Shown here: positions 8,068 through 17,040 of the stretch, piece by piece
Layout: every line of letters starts with the position of its first letter
Numbering within the stretch: the stretch's first letter is position 1
NCBI GenBank assembly: GCA_045589295.1
Contig: JAZNOU010000001.1
Span: 19,418-51,417 of the forward strand
DNA: 32,000 nt
Direction: 5' to 3'
Source: Clostridia bacterium
GTDB lineage: Bacteria > Bacillota > Clostridia > RGIG6154
The notes under the pieces: model-generated
Told to the model about the DNA's origin: nothing
Database searches by the model: none
Seen by the model: only the letters and a program-made list of their open reading frames with translations
Translations under genes and position numbers: made by a program

Positions 8068-8895
8068 ATGATTTTGTTACTAAATATTTCGCCATTTGAC
8101 CTGACTGATACATTTGAATGCGGTCAGTGCTTCAGGTGGAATCAAAATCAAGACAAAAGCTACACCGGAGTTGCTTTTGGACGAGTTCTTACAATAAAAA
8201 AAGAAAAAGACGGTTTTTACTTTTCTGATAATTCTCCCCTTTGGCAGGACTATTTTGACATATCAACCGACTATAATAAGATTATGAGCTTTCTTTGTGT
8301 TGATGATATTATAAAAAATGCAATCCAAAGTTCACCGGGCATAAGAATTTTAAAGCAGGATTTTTTTGAAACTGTGATTTCTTTCATTATTTCACAAAAC
8401 AACAACATTCCAAGAATAAAATCGATAATAGAAGCCCTTTGCAATAATTATGGCAAAGATTTAGGGCACGGCTTTTTTTCTTTTCCTGATGCTAAAACTT
8501 TAGCTTGTCTTACACCTGCAGACCTTGCATTTTTAAAGGCAGGCTACCGCGACAGTTATATAATTGATGCCTCGGAGAAAATACTATCAAACTCACTTGA
8601 TATGGATATAATAAAAAATGCTCCAATTGACGAGGCACGCAAGGAGATTTCAAAAATCAAAGGTGTCGGCCCAAAGGTTGCCGACTGCATACTTTTGTTT
8701 GGAGTTTCAAGATATGAGGTTTTCCCAACAGATGTGTGGATGAAAAAAGTTTTATCCTCCCTTTACGGCTTTGAAAACCTTACACCAAACGAAATAAATA
8801 AGTTTGCTAAAGAAAAATTTGCACCCTATCAGGGATATGCACAACAATACCTATTCAACTATGCAAGATTAAACAAAATTAATTCACTCGAATAG
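8068..8895 (+). CDS. ogg: 8-oxoguanine DNA glycosylase / AP lyase (Ogg, HhH-GPD superfamily)
   Basis: FDLTDTFECGQCFRWN (OGG N-terminal motif) and the HhH-GPD element KGVGPKVADCILLFG. The track's start at 7855 overlaps the convergent LamG gene and is rejected. The true start is ATG 8068 or TTG 8074, downstream of RBS GAGGTG. Confidence 0.85.
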   Translation: MILLLNISPFDLTDTFECGQCFRWNQNQDKSYTGVAFGRVLTIKKEKDGFYFSDNSPLWQDYFDISTDYNKIMSFLCVDDIIKNAIQSSPGIRILKQDFFETVISFIISQNNNIPRIKSIIEALCNNYGKDLGHGFFSFPDAKTLACLTPADLAFLKAGYRDSYIIDASEKILSNSLDMDIIKNAPIDEARKEISKIKGVGPKVADCILLFGVSRYEVFPTDVWMKKVLSSLYGFENLTPNEINKFAKEKFAPYQGYAQQYLFNYARLNKINSLE

Positions 8896-8924
8896 TTGAC
8901 TTATAAAAAAAATAAGTGTATAAT
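8896..8924 (+). promoter_or_regulatory. Consensus sigma-A promoter for serC-serA-apt (TTGACT-17-TATAAT)
   Basis: TTGACT 8896-8901, 17-nt spacer, TATAAT 8919-8924 preceded by TG. It starts immediately after the ogg stop. Confidence 0.6.
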
Positions 8925-8963
8925 AAAAAAATAGTTTATTTGAATGAAAGGAAGTATAAAACT

Positions 8964-10046
8964 ATGGAAAGAGTGTACAATTTTTCAGCAGGCCCTTCTA
9001 TGTTGCCTGAAAAAGTATTAAAAATCGCAGCAGAACAGATGCTCAATTATGAAGGTTCCGGGCAAAGCGTTATGGAAATGAGTCACCGTTCCAAAGTTTA
9101 TGAAGAAATCATCAACACTGCGGAACAGGATTTAAGAGATTTAATGAAAATACCTGACAACTATAAGGTTTTATTCCTACAGGGCGGTGCTTCAACTCAG
9201 TTTGCAATGGTTCCATTAAACCTTATGACAAAAAACAAAAAAGCTGACTACGTTATCACAGGTCAGTGGTCAAAAAAAGCTTTTTCAGAAGCTAACCTTT
9301 ATGGTACTGCAAGAAAAGTCGCTTCAAGCGAAGACAAGGTATTTAACTACATCCCAAAACTTGACAAGAGTATGTTTGACCCTGAAGCTGACTATGTTCA
9401 CACAACTGAAAACAACACAATATACGGAACAAAATTCCACAGCATTCCTGACACTGGTAACGTTCCTTTGGTAACTGATATGTCATCATGTATTTTATCA
9501 GAACCTGTTGATGTTTCAAAATATGGTCTAATCTATGCTGGTGCTCAGAAAAACGTTGGGCCTGCAGGTGTTACAATTGCTATTATCAGAGAAGATTTAA
9601 TCGGTGAAGCTATGGACATTACTCCAACAATGCTCAAATATAAGATTCACGCTGAAAACGATTCTCTCTACAACACACCTCCGTGCTACGGCATTTATGT
9701 TTGCGGTCTTGTGTTCAAATACTTAAAAGAACTTGGCGGCCTTGAAAAAATGGAACAGATTAACATTGAAAAGGCAAAAATTCTTTATGATTTCTTAGAT
9801 GAATCAAACTTGTTCAGAGGCACAGTTGTTAAAGAAGACCGTTCACTTATGAACGTTCCTTTTGTAACAGATAACGATGAACTTAATGCTAAATTTATCA
9901 AAGAAGCAACCGCAAAGGGGTTTGTTAACCTTAAGGGACACAGAACTGTTGGAGGTATGAGAGCAAGCATTTACAATGCGATGCCCACAGAAGGTGTAGT
10001 TGCCCTTGTTGACTTTATGAAACAGTTTGAGGCTGACAATAAATAA
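8964..10046 (+). CDS. serC: Phosphoserine aminotransferase
   Basis: Start moved to ATG 8964 (RBS AAAGGAAG 8947-8954). MERVYNFSAGPSMLPEKVL is the canonical SerC N-terminus. About 360 aa, class V aminotransferase. Confidence 0.95.
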   Translation: MERVYNFSAGPSMLPEKVLKIAAEQMLNYEGSGQSVMEMSHRSKVYEEIINTAEQDLRDLMKIPDNYKVLFLQGGASTQFAMVPLNLMTKNKKADYVITGQWSKKAFSEANLYGTARKVASSEDKVFNYIPKLDKSMFDPEADYVHTTENNTIYGTKFHSIPDTGNVPLVTDMSSCILSEPVDVSKYGLIYAGAQKNVGPAGVTIAIIREDLIGEAMDITPTMLKYKIHAENDSLYNTPPCYGIYVCGLVFKYLKELGGLEKMEQINIEKAKILYDFLDESNLFRGTVVKEDRSLMNVPFVTDNDELNAKFIKEATAKGFVNLKGHRTVGGMRASIYNAMPTEGVVALVDFMKQFEADNK

Positions 10047-10061
10047 TTGAGGTGAATTTTA

Positions 10062-11216
10062 ATGTATGATATTTTAACTTTAAATAAGATTGCCAAAATC
10101 GGACTTGACGTTTTGGGCGATAATTATGCAGTTTCTGACGATCGCACAAATCCTGACGGTATTTTGGTAAGAAGTGCAGCAATGCACGATATGGAATTTG
10201 ACGATAACTTGAAAGCTATCGCAAGAGCAGGTGCAGGTACTAACAACATTCCTGTTGACAGATGTGCCGAAGAAGGTATTGTCGTTTTCAACACCCCCGG
10301 TGCTAATGCTAACGCGGTTAAAGAACTTGTGATTTGCGGTCTTTTCCTTGCATCACGCGATATCACAGAAGGTGCAAAATGGACTTCTACTCTCAAAAAC
10401 GAAGGCGAAGGCGCTGCAAAATTAGTTGAAAAAGGAAAAGGTCAGTTTGCAGGTCACGAAATTGCAGGTAAAAAGCTTGGCGTTATCGGACTTGGAGCTA
10501 TCGGCATTATGGTTGCTAACGCAGCTCATAGTCTTGGAATGGAAGTTTTGGGATATGACCCATACATCTCAGTTGATGCAGCATGGAGCTTATCGCGTTC
10601 AGTTGTGCACGTCAACAACATCAACGATATCTTTACACAGTGTGACTATATTACAATCCACGTTCCGCTCAATCCAAGCACAAAATACACAATCAACAAA
10701 GATACTCTTGCACTTTGCAAAGACGGTGTAAGAATTCTCAATTTCTCAAGAAATGAGTTGGTTGAAAATACTGCTTTAATGTCAGCTTTAGAAAGCGGAA
10801 AAGTTGCAAAATATGTAACTGACTTCCCAAGTGCAGATTTAATTGATGTTAAAAATATCGTTTGCATCCCTCACCTTGGCGCTTCAACTGAAGAAGCTGA
10901 AGACAACTGCGCAGTTATGGCTGCAAAGCAACTCAAAGAGTTCCTTGAAAACGGTAACATCGTTAACTCTGTTAACTATCCTAACTGCTCAGCCCCAAGA
11001 GAAGGTGCAGTAAGAATTTGTGTTATGCACAAAAACATTCCTACAATGATTAGTCAGATTACAAACGCGGTATCAAAAGTTAACGTTGACAATATGATCA
11101 ACAAAAGCAAAGGCGACTTTGCTTATACAATTCTTGACTTATCAGAAGAACACCCTGAAGCTGCTAATGCAATCACTGCCATTGACGGAGTAATCCGTGT
11201 AAGAGTTATTAAATAA
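10062..11216 (+). CDS. serA: D-3-phosphoglycerate dehydrogenase
   Basis: 384 aa. 2-hydroxyacid dehydrogenase fold with NAD motif GVIGLGAIG and a C-terminal ACT-like region. Follows serC directly, with RBS GAGGTGA. Confidence 0.9.
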   Translation: MYDILTLNKIAKIGLDVLGDNYAVSDDRTNPDGILVRSAAMHDMEFDDNLKAIARAGAGTNNIPVDRCAEEGIVVFNTPGANANAVKELVICGLFLASRDITEGAKWTSTLKNEGEGAAKLVEKGKGQFAGHEIAGKKLGVIGLGAIGIMVANAAHSLGMEVLGYDPYISVDAAWSLSRSVVHVNNINDIFTQCDYITIHVPLNPSTKYTINKDTLALCKDGVRILNFSRNELVENTALMSALESGKVAKYVTDFPSADLIDVKNIVCIPHLGASTEEAEDNCAVMAAKQLKEFLENGNIVNSVNYPNCSAPREGAVRICVMHKNIPTMISQITNAVSKVNVDNMINKSKGDFAYTILDLSEEHPEAANAITAIDGVIRVRVIK

Positions 11217-11229
11217 GAGAGTGAAAATT

Positions 11230-11751
11230 ATGGATTTAAAAAAGCATTTAAGAGTTGTTCCCGATTTCCCTAAAAAGGGTATTCAGTTTTTTGATGTGAC
11301 AACCATTTTTCAAAACCCCGAGGCTTTTAAATATGTTGTAGATAAAATGGCAGAGAGCATTAAAGACATTCCTTGTGATGTTATTGTAAGTTTAGAATCA
11401 AGAGGATTCTTATTTGCATCAGCTATAGCTTATAAACTTGGCAAAAGCCACTCTTTGGTAAGAAAACCCGGCAAATTGCCTTATAAGACAGTATCGCAGT
11501 CTTACAGCTTAGAATATGGTACAGATACTGTTGAAATGCACGAAGACGCGGTTACCCCGGGACAGAATGTTGTTGTAATTGATGACCTTTTAGCTACCGG
11601 CGGAACAGTTGAAGCCGCAATCAAATTGGTTGAAAAACTTGGTGGAAATGTAAGTGCAATTTCATTCTTTATTGAAATTGAAGGTTTAGGTGGCAGAGAA
11701 AAGCTGGACGGATACCACATAAACTCAATATTAAAATTAAGAGAAGATTAA
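11230..11751 (+). CDS. apt: Adenine phosphoribosyltransferase
   Basis: MDLKKHLRVVPDFPKKGIQFFDVTTI and the PRPP motif VVVIDDLLATGGT. I prefer ATG 11230 over the track's GTG at 11221. Confidence 0.93.
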   Translation: MDLKKHLRVVPDFPKKGIQFFDVTTIFQNPEAFKYVVDKMAESIKDIPCDVIVSLESRGFLFASAIAYKLGKSHSLVRKPGKLPYKTVSQSYSLEYGTDTVEMHEDAVTPGQNVVVIDDLLATGGTVEAAIKLVEKLGGNVSAISFFIEIEGLGGREKLDGYHINSILKLRED

Positions 11752-11785
11752 AAAAATACGGTGTGAAATTCACACCGTATTTTTT
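11752..11785. terminator. Bidirectional rho-independent terminator (apt / tsaD)
   Basis: 10-bp stem ATACGGTGTG (11756-11765) / CACACCGTAT (11771-11780), 5-nt loop, flanked by A-run 11751-11756 and T-run 11780-11785. Confidence 0.8.
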
Positions 11786-12788
11786 ATTCACTATCAATAG
11801 GCACAAATGCCAAAGCGTTTAAATCAAGTCCCGAAAATTCTTTTCTTAAATAATAGTGATATGCCGCAGCACCTATCATTGCGGCATTGTCTGTACAATA
11901 AATTGGCTCGGGACAGAAAAATTCCATATTTTCTTTTTCTGCTCTTTGCTTAAAGCTTTCTCTTAGTCTGGAATTTGTTGCAACTCCGCCCGCAAGGCAT
12001 ACTTGTTTAACTCCTGCCTGTTTTGCACCCAAAAAGGTGTTGTCGGTCAATATTTCAACTACTGTATCCTGAAAACTCATTGCTACATCTGAAACATCAA
12101 TTTGCTCGCCTTTTTGTTCTTTGTTGTGACAATAGTTTATAATAGCAGTCTTAATTCCGCTGAATGAAAAATCAAGTGTTTCTTCATGGAATTTAGGCTT
12201 CGTTATCTTTATCCTGTTTTTACCGGTCTTTGCCGCCTTGTCAATATTAGGTCCGCCCGGATATCCAAGTCCTAGCACACGTGCAACTTTATCAAATGCC
12301 TCTCCTGCAGCATCGTCCCTTGTTTTACCCAAAACTTTATACTTTCTGTAATCCTCCACATAAATAATATGACTATGTCCGCCTGATGCAACAAGCGATA
12401 CAAACGGTGGTTTTAATCCCGACAAATAATTTGCACAAATGTGTCCTTCAATATGATGTACCGCAATCAATGGTTTTTTAGCACCATAAGCAAAAGCCTT
12501 TGCATACGAAAGTCCTACCAAAAGAGACCCAATTAATCCCGGTGCATAAGTAACTGCCACCGCATCAATATCATCAATCGTGCAGCTTGCGGTTTCTAAT
12601 GCCTCTTTTACAACGCTGTCAATCACCTCTGCGTGAAGACGTGAAGCCACCTCAGGAACAACTCCACCATACTTTTTGTGAAGTTCCGCCTGAGAATTTA
12701 TTATATTTGATAATACTTTTGTTCCGTCTTCAACTACTGCTGCCGCAGTCTCATCACAAGAACTTTCAATCGCAAGTATTTTAGCCAA
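11784..12788 (-). CDS. tsaD: tRNA N6-adenosine threonylcarbamoyltransferase
   Basis: 334 aa. [19 protein letters not shown]... with VHHIEGH metal motif (Kae1/TsaD family). Overlaps the rimI stop by 8 nt. Confidence 0.95.
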   Translation of the reverse strand: MAKILAIESSCDETAAAVVEDGTKVLSNIINSQAELHKKYGGVVPEVASRLHAEVIDSVVKEALETASCTIDDIDAVAVTYAPGLIGSLLVGLSYAKAFAYGAKKPLIAVHHIEGHICANYLSGLKPPFVSLVASGGHSHIIYVEDYRKYKVLGKTRDDAAGEAFDKVARVLGLGYPGGPNIDKAAKTGKNRIKITKPKFHEETLDFSFSGIKTAIINYCHNKEQKGEQIDVSDVAMSFQDTVVEILTDNTFLGAKQAGVKQVCLAGGVATNSRLRESFKQRAEKENMEFFCPEPIYCTDNAAMIGAAAYHYYLRKEFSGLDLNALAFVPIDSE

Positions 12789-13230
12789 CTTGTTCTATCT
12801 CCTTTGTCATAAGCAATGCATCTTCTTTATTATCGTAGTATTTTGGTCTTAAACCCACTCTTTCAAAGCCATATTTTTCATATAAGGCAATTGCAGAAGA
12901 ATTGCTTACCCTTACCTCTAAAGTTAATGTATACACATCTGTAACTGAGCATTTATTTACCATTTCATTCATTAAAGCCGATGCGATACCCTTTTGTCTA
13001 TAATCGGGATGTACTGCAATATTGGTTATTTGACCCTCATCAAAAACCCACCAATATCCTGCATAACCGATTACTTTTTCGTCTAAAAGTGCAACAAAAT
13101 ATACCGCTAAAGGATTTGTAAGCTCGCTCTCAAACGATTTTAGCGACCATGGTGACTCAAAACACAAATTATCTATATTTTTAATGCCGTCAACATGTTC
13201 TTTTGTCATAGGCACTATTTTAAAGTCCAT
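12781..13230 (-). CDS. rimI: Ribosomal-protein-alanine N-acetyltransferase (GNAT)
   Basis: 149 aa. GNAT acetyl-CoA motif [15 protein letters not shown]. Sits in the conserved position between t6A genes. Confidence 0.85.
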   Translation of the reverse strand: MDFKIVPMTKEHVDGIKNIDNLCFESPWSLKSFESELTNPLAVYFVALLDEKVIGYAGYWWVFDEGQITNIAVHPDYRQKGIASALMNEMVNKCSVTDVYTLTLEVRVSNSSAIALYEKYGFERVGLRPKYYDNKEDALLMTKEIEQVG

Positions 13231-13231
13231 T

Positions 13232-14245
13232 TCAAACCTCCACTACCTTGCCGCCTGCCGCCTTGAACAATCTGTTGCAAAGTGCAAAACCAATTCCGTC
13301 TTCTTTTGGTTTTACCGCAAACATTTTATTTACACCAAGGCTGTCAAATTGACGCAGGTAATCAAATAAAAGCTTACTTCCCTGTTCTGATTTATAAATA
13401 CTACCCAATGAAAATTCAATCTCGTTTCCTATTGGATACTCATCAAACGTTAAAACGCCTGCCTCGGGGAATTTTTTTATATACTCTTTAATACTTTCAT
13501 ACTCGCCCTCTAAAACAACAAGATCGCCTTTAGGGGCATAGTGCTTATATTTCATTCCGGGACTTTTTGGTTTTTCAACACTACTTTTGTCTATAAGATG
13601 TCTGTCGTAGCTTACATCAATTCCAAGCTTTTCAATATCCTCGAATGTAACTCTTCCCGGTCTTAAAATAACAGCCTTTTGTCCTGTCACATCAATAACT
13701 GTTGACTCTAACCCAACCTCACAACTTCCACCATCTATTATCATATCTATTTTGCCATTCAAATCCTCAAAAACGTGCTGAGCCTTTGTAGGACTTGGTC
13801 TTCCCGAAGAATTTGCAGACGGTGCAGCAATTGGCTTATTTGCATAATTTATTAAATTTCTGGCAATCTCGTTTTCAGGAAGTCTTACTGCAACAGTATC
13901 AAGTCCACCTGAAACTGTATCTGAAACTATGCTTTGCTTTTTCATAACAAGTGTCATAGGACCCGGCCAGAACTTGTCCATAAGTATTTTCGCAATGGGC
14001 GTAATCTCTGCGACAAGGTCTTTTAACTGTTTTATATCAGAAATATGTAAAATAAGCGGATTATCAGATGGTCTTCCCTTAGCCTGATATATTTTCTTTA
14101 CAGCTTTAACATTTAAACCGTCTGCACCAAGACCATAAACAGTTTCGGTTGGAAACGCAACAAGTCCGCCTATATTTATAATATCGGCGGCTTCTTTTAA
14201 TATGTCATTATTTTTGGCGTCATATTTTACAAACTTTGTTGTCAT
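13232..14245 (-). CDS. tsaC: L-threonylcarbamoyladenylate synthase, long Sua5/YwlC type
   Basis: 337 aa. YrdC domain (FPTETVYGLGADG, KGRPSDNPLILHI, AAPSANSSGRPSPT) plus a C-terminal Sua5 domain. Confidence 0.9.
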   Translation of the reverse strand: MTTKFVKYDAKNNDILKEAADIINIGGLVAFPTETVYGLGADGLNVKAVKKIYQAKGRPSDNPLILHISDIKQLKDLVAEITPIAKILMDKFWPGPMTLVMKKQSIVSDTVSGGLDTVAVRLPENEIARNLINYANKPIAAPSANSSGRPSPTKAQHVFEDLNGKIDMIIDGGSCEVGLESTVIDVTGQKAVILRPGRVTFEDIEKLGIDVSYDRHLIDKSSVEKPKSPGMKYKHYAPKGDLVVLEGEYESIKEYIKKFPEAGVLTFDEYPIGNEIEFSLGSIYKSEQGSKLLFDYLRQFDSLGVNKMFAVKPKEDGIGFALCNRLFKAAGGKVVEV

Positions 14246-14260
14246 TAAATAAAAGACCTC

Positions 14261-14749
14261 TCAATAATTATCTTTAAGTTCCAATGAATCATCATTTTCT
14301 ATCCACTGCTCTACATCGTAAACTCTATAAGTTTCTTTATCATCTCTTATGTATACTTTTGCAATCCCTGCATTGATAATCATACGCTTGCACATTGCGC
14401 AAGGCATTGCATTTTTAACCAAAGAACCATCATCTTTTTCTTTTCCAACAAGATAAAGCTCAGCCCCCAGCATTTCACTTCTGGAAGCGCTTATAATTGC
14501 ATTTGCTTCGGCGTGAACAGAACGACAAAGTTCATATCTTGTTCCTCTTGGCACATTAAACTTTTGCCTTATACACTCACCTGTATCAATACAGTTTTGT
14601 CTGCCTCTGGGCGCACCAACATAACCAGTTGAAACAATTTCATCATTTTTAACTATAATAGCACCAAAATTACGTCTCAAACATGTTCCGCGTTCCAATA
14701 CGGTTTCTGCAATATCAAGATAGTAATTAACTTTATCTCTTCTTTCCAT
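14261..14749 (-). CDS. dCMP deaminase (ComEB-like cytidine/deoxycytidylate deaminase)
   Basis: Start moved to ATG 14749 (RBS GAGGTGG, 5-nt spacer). Zinc motifs VHAEANAI and PCAMCKRMIINAGI are typical of dCMP deaminases. Confidence 0.85.
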   Translation of the reverse strand: MERRDKVNYYLDIAETVLERGTCLRRNFGAIIVKNDEIVSTGYVGAPRGRQNCIDTGECIRQKFNVPRGTRYELCRSVHAEANAIISASRSEMLGAELYLVGKEKDDGSLVKNAMPCAMCKRMIINAGIAKVYIRDDKETYRVYDVEQWIENDDSLELKDNY

Positions 14750-14759
14750 ACAATCCACC

Positions 14760-15440
14760 TCAATCATTCCCTATGTATGCTTTTAAAACATAATCGGGAG
14801 TAATATCTTTTTTATTTTTATGCAAATAACTTTTTTCTGCAATATATCCAACCGCCACAGCACTGTTAACACAGTAAAGTTCATCAGCAAACATAGCATT
14901 TTCACCAAGCTGTGAAATTATATAATCCTTATGTTTATATACGCAGTCACCCGTAAAAACAACTTTTTTATTTAAAACTGCAAGCTGACATATAATATTT
15001 TTTATATTCTGGCAATCGGCTTTATATATCTCTTCTGTAACATCGCCCTTTTTATATACTGCATAGTATGCCTGATCACGCCTTGCATCAATCAACGGGC
15101 AAACAAGTTCTTTATACATTAAGTAAGGATACGCCATAGCCTGCAATGTTGAAACACCAACTGCAGGTTTTTTTAAAGAATCTGCAAATCCCTTAACCGC
15201 TGCAATACCAACACGTAACCCTGTAAATGAACCAGGACCGTGAGCTGCTGCAAAAAGGTCAATATCGCTTACGCTTAGTTCAAGTTGTTCTAAGAGTTTT
15301 TGTGCAACTACCATAATTTTCTGCGAGTGTGGTTTTTTTAAATTAAGAGTCATAACCCCAAGCATTTTGCCGTCTTCAACAACTGCAACCGATGCTGCAG
15401 CCGTTGCTGTATCAAAAGCAAGCGTCTTCAATTTATTCAC
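14760..15440 (-). CDS. tsaB: tRNA threonylcarbamoyladenosine biosynthesis protein TsaB
   Basis: 226 aa. LAFDTATAAASVAVV... and GPGSFTGLRVGIA (inactive Kae1 paralogue family). Overlaps the tsaE stop by 8 nt. Confidence 0.9.
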   Translation of the reverse strand: MNKLKTLAFDTATAAASVAVVEDGKMLGVMTLNLKKPHSQKIMVVAQKLLEQLELSVSDIDLFAAAHGPGSFTGLRVGIAAVKGFADSLKKPAVGVSTLQAMAYPYLMYKELVCPLIDARRDQAYYAVYKKGDVTEEIYKADCQNIKNIICQLAVLNKKVVFTGDCVYKHKDYIISQLGENAMFADELYCVNSAVAVGYIAEKSYLHKNKKDITPDYVLKAYIGND

Positions 15441-15843
15441 ACTCCTTTATTTCTATGGTTCGCATTTGACCACTGTATTTAATATTTACAACGTAATATT
15501 TTTCTAAAAGTCCCAGTGCAATATCCGGCCATTCAATTACACATATTCCGTCAGAATACACATAGCTGTCAAAATCAATACTCATCAAATCATTTTCAGA
15601 TGATAATCTGTAAAGGTCAAAATGGTAAAGCGGAATATCGCCGCCATAGTCATGCACAATAGAAAAAGTAGGGCTTACCGGCTCATACTTTGTGTTAAGT
15701 GCTTTTGCAATGCCTTTTGTAAATGTGGTTTTTCCTGCACCCAAATCACCTATCAGGCACACAATATCACCGCTCTTTAGTTTTTTACCGAACTCAAATC
15801 CACACAAAACTGTGTCTTGTGCGCTTTTGCACAACATTTCCAT
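15433..15843 (-). CDS. tsaE: tRNA threonylcarbamoyladenosine biosynthesis ATPase TsaE
   Basis: 136 aa. P-loop GDLGAGKTTFTKG, then SPTFSIVHDY and HFDLYRL, which are characteristic of TsaE/YjeE. Confidence 0.9.
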   Translation of the reverse strand: MEMLCKSAQDTVLCGFEFGKKLKSGDIVCLIGDLGAGKTTFTKGIAKALNTKYEPVSPTFSIVHDYGGDIPLYHFDLYRLSSENDLMSIDFDSYVYSDGICVIEWPDIALGLLEKYYVVNIKYSGQMRTIEIKECE

Positions 15844-15878
15844 AATTCGTCCCTTATTAATAAGTATATTTTCATTTG

Positions 15879-15907
15879 ATTATAGCATTTTGAACAAAAA
15901 AAGTCAA
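15879..15907 (-). promoter_or_regulatory. Consensus sigma-A promoter for the t6A operon (TTGACT-17-TATAAT)
   Basis: Minus strand: TTGACT (complement of 15902-15907), 17-nt spacer, TATAAT (complement of 15879-15884). About 35 nt upstream of the tsaE ATG. Confidence 0.6.
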
Positions 15908-15988
15908 GTTTCAGCCATTTTTTCGTGAATATTTTAGGCAAAATTTGTATATAATCTGTAACATAAAGTGATTTTTTATTAAAAAAAC

Positions 15989-16017
15989 TTGACAAATTGT
16001 TAAAAAAGTGTTACAAT
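15989..16017 (+). promoter_or_regulatory. Sigma-A promoter with extended -10 (TTGACA-17-TGtTACAAT) for the G5/3D gene
   Basis: TTGACA 15989-15994, 17-nt spacer, TACAAT 16012-16017, with TG at 16009-16010. Confidence 0.65.
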
Positions 16018-16115
16018 CTATCAAGTCCAAAGAAAGACGCTACGGCAAATGGCTCAAAATGGCGATTTTTGTCATTTTAATACAGAGCTTATGCCTAAAC
16101 GATTTGGAGGTACGT

Positions 16116-17036
16116 ATGTTTTTTAAATCAAAAAAGATGTTGGCCAGAATTATACTTTCACTGGTTTTGGTTTCAACTATCGTTCCCGTTGTTTCCGCAT
16201 ATACAAAGGATCCTGCATCTGAACTTAAAATATGCGTTTTAGACGGCGAAAAACTTTCTGACTTAAACTACAAAGGTAAAGACCCATATTCAGATATTGA
16301 CAAAAGTTATTTAAACTATAACGGCTATGCTATTTCAGACAACGATTACATCAAGCCAGTGTATGACAGTGAAACAAACACACTTACTTTTGAGGTAGTA
16401 AGAGTTGTAATTGAAACAATCTCAGAAGACGAAATTATCAAAAAAGGTTCAATAACAACATATAACAGTTCTTTGGAAAAAGGAACAACAAAACTTTTAA
16501 GAGAAGGTAACGACGGTTTAAAAACCTCAACCTATACAGTAAGATATGAAAATGGTGTAGAAACATCAAGAGTTTTAACATCAGAGATTATTTCAAAAAA
16601 ACCTGTTGATGAAATTATTGAACAGGGCACAAAAGTTGTTACTATCTACAATAAAACCGGTTCGACTGTTACAGGCTCTAAACTTGTAACATCAGGCGGA
16701 AAAGAACTTACATTCAGCAACGTTATAACTGCTTCTGCCACAGCTTATGACCTCTCATATGAAAGTTGCGGAAAACGTCCTGGTGACAGAGGTTATGGCA
16801 TCACTGCATCAGGTATGCGTGCTCAGTACGGAGTTATCGCAGTTGACCCGAGAGTTATTCCGCTTGGCACAAGACTTTATATAGAAGCAGCAGACGGCAG
16901 TTGGGTATACGGCGAAGCTATTGCTGGTGATACAGGCGGAGCTATCAAAGGCAATAAAATTGACCTTTTCTTCAACTCGCGCTCAGAATGTTTAAACTTT
17001 GGCAGAAGAACTGCAAAAATTTATATTTTGGACTAA
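16116..17036 (+). CDS. Secreted G5 domain + 3D domain cell-wall protein (YabE/Rpf-like lytic transglycosylase fold)
   Basis: Start moved to ATG 16116 (RBS GGAGG 16106-16110). Signal peptide MFFKSKKMLARIILSLVLVSTIVPVVSA. G5-like region LREGNDGLKTSTYTVRYENGVETSR...EQGTK. C-terminal 3D domain TASGMRAQYGVIAVDPRVIPLGTRLYIE...AGDTGGAIKGNKIDLFF. Confidence 0.85.
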   Translation: MFFKSKKMLARIILSLVLVSTIVPVVSAYTKDPASELKICVLDGEKLSDLNYKGKDPYSDIDKSYLNYNGYAISDNDYIKPVYDSETNTLTFEVVRVVIETISEDEIIKKGSITTYNSSLEKGTTKLLREGNDGLKTSTYTVRYENGVETSRVLTSEIISKKPVDEIIEQGTKVVTIYNKTGSTVTGSKLVTSGGKELTFSNVITASATAYDLSYESCGKRPGDRGYGITASGMRAQYGVIAVDPRVIPLGTRLYIEAADGSWVYGEAIAGDTGGAIKGNKIDLFFNSRSECLNFGRRTAKIYILD

Positions 17037-17040
17037 TACT

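Noticed and set aside
16018-16115. Possible c-di-AMP (ydaO-type) riboswitch upstream of the G5/3D cell-wall gene
   Set aside because: The leader is only ~95 nt. It lacks the G-rich/ACGGGG- and CCC-type conserved cores and the pseudo-two-fold helices I associate with that class. I could not draw a convincing structure by eye. It is kept only as an unexplained long leader.
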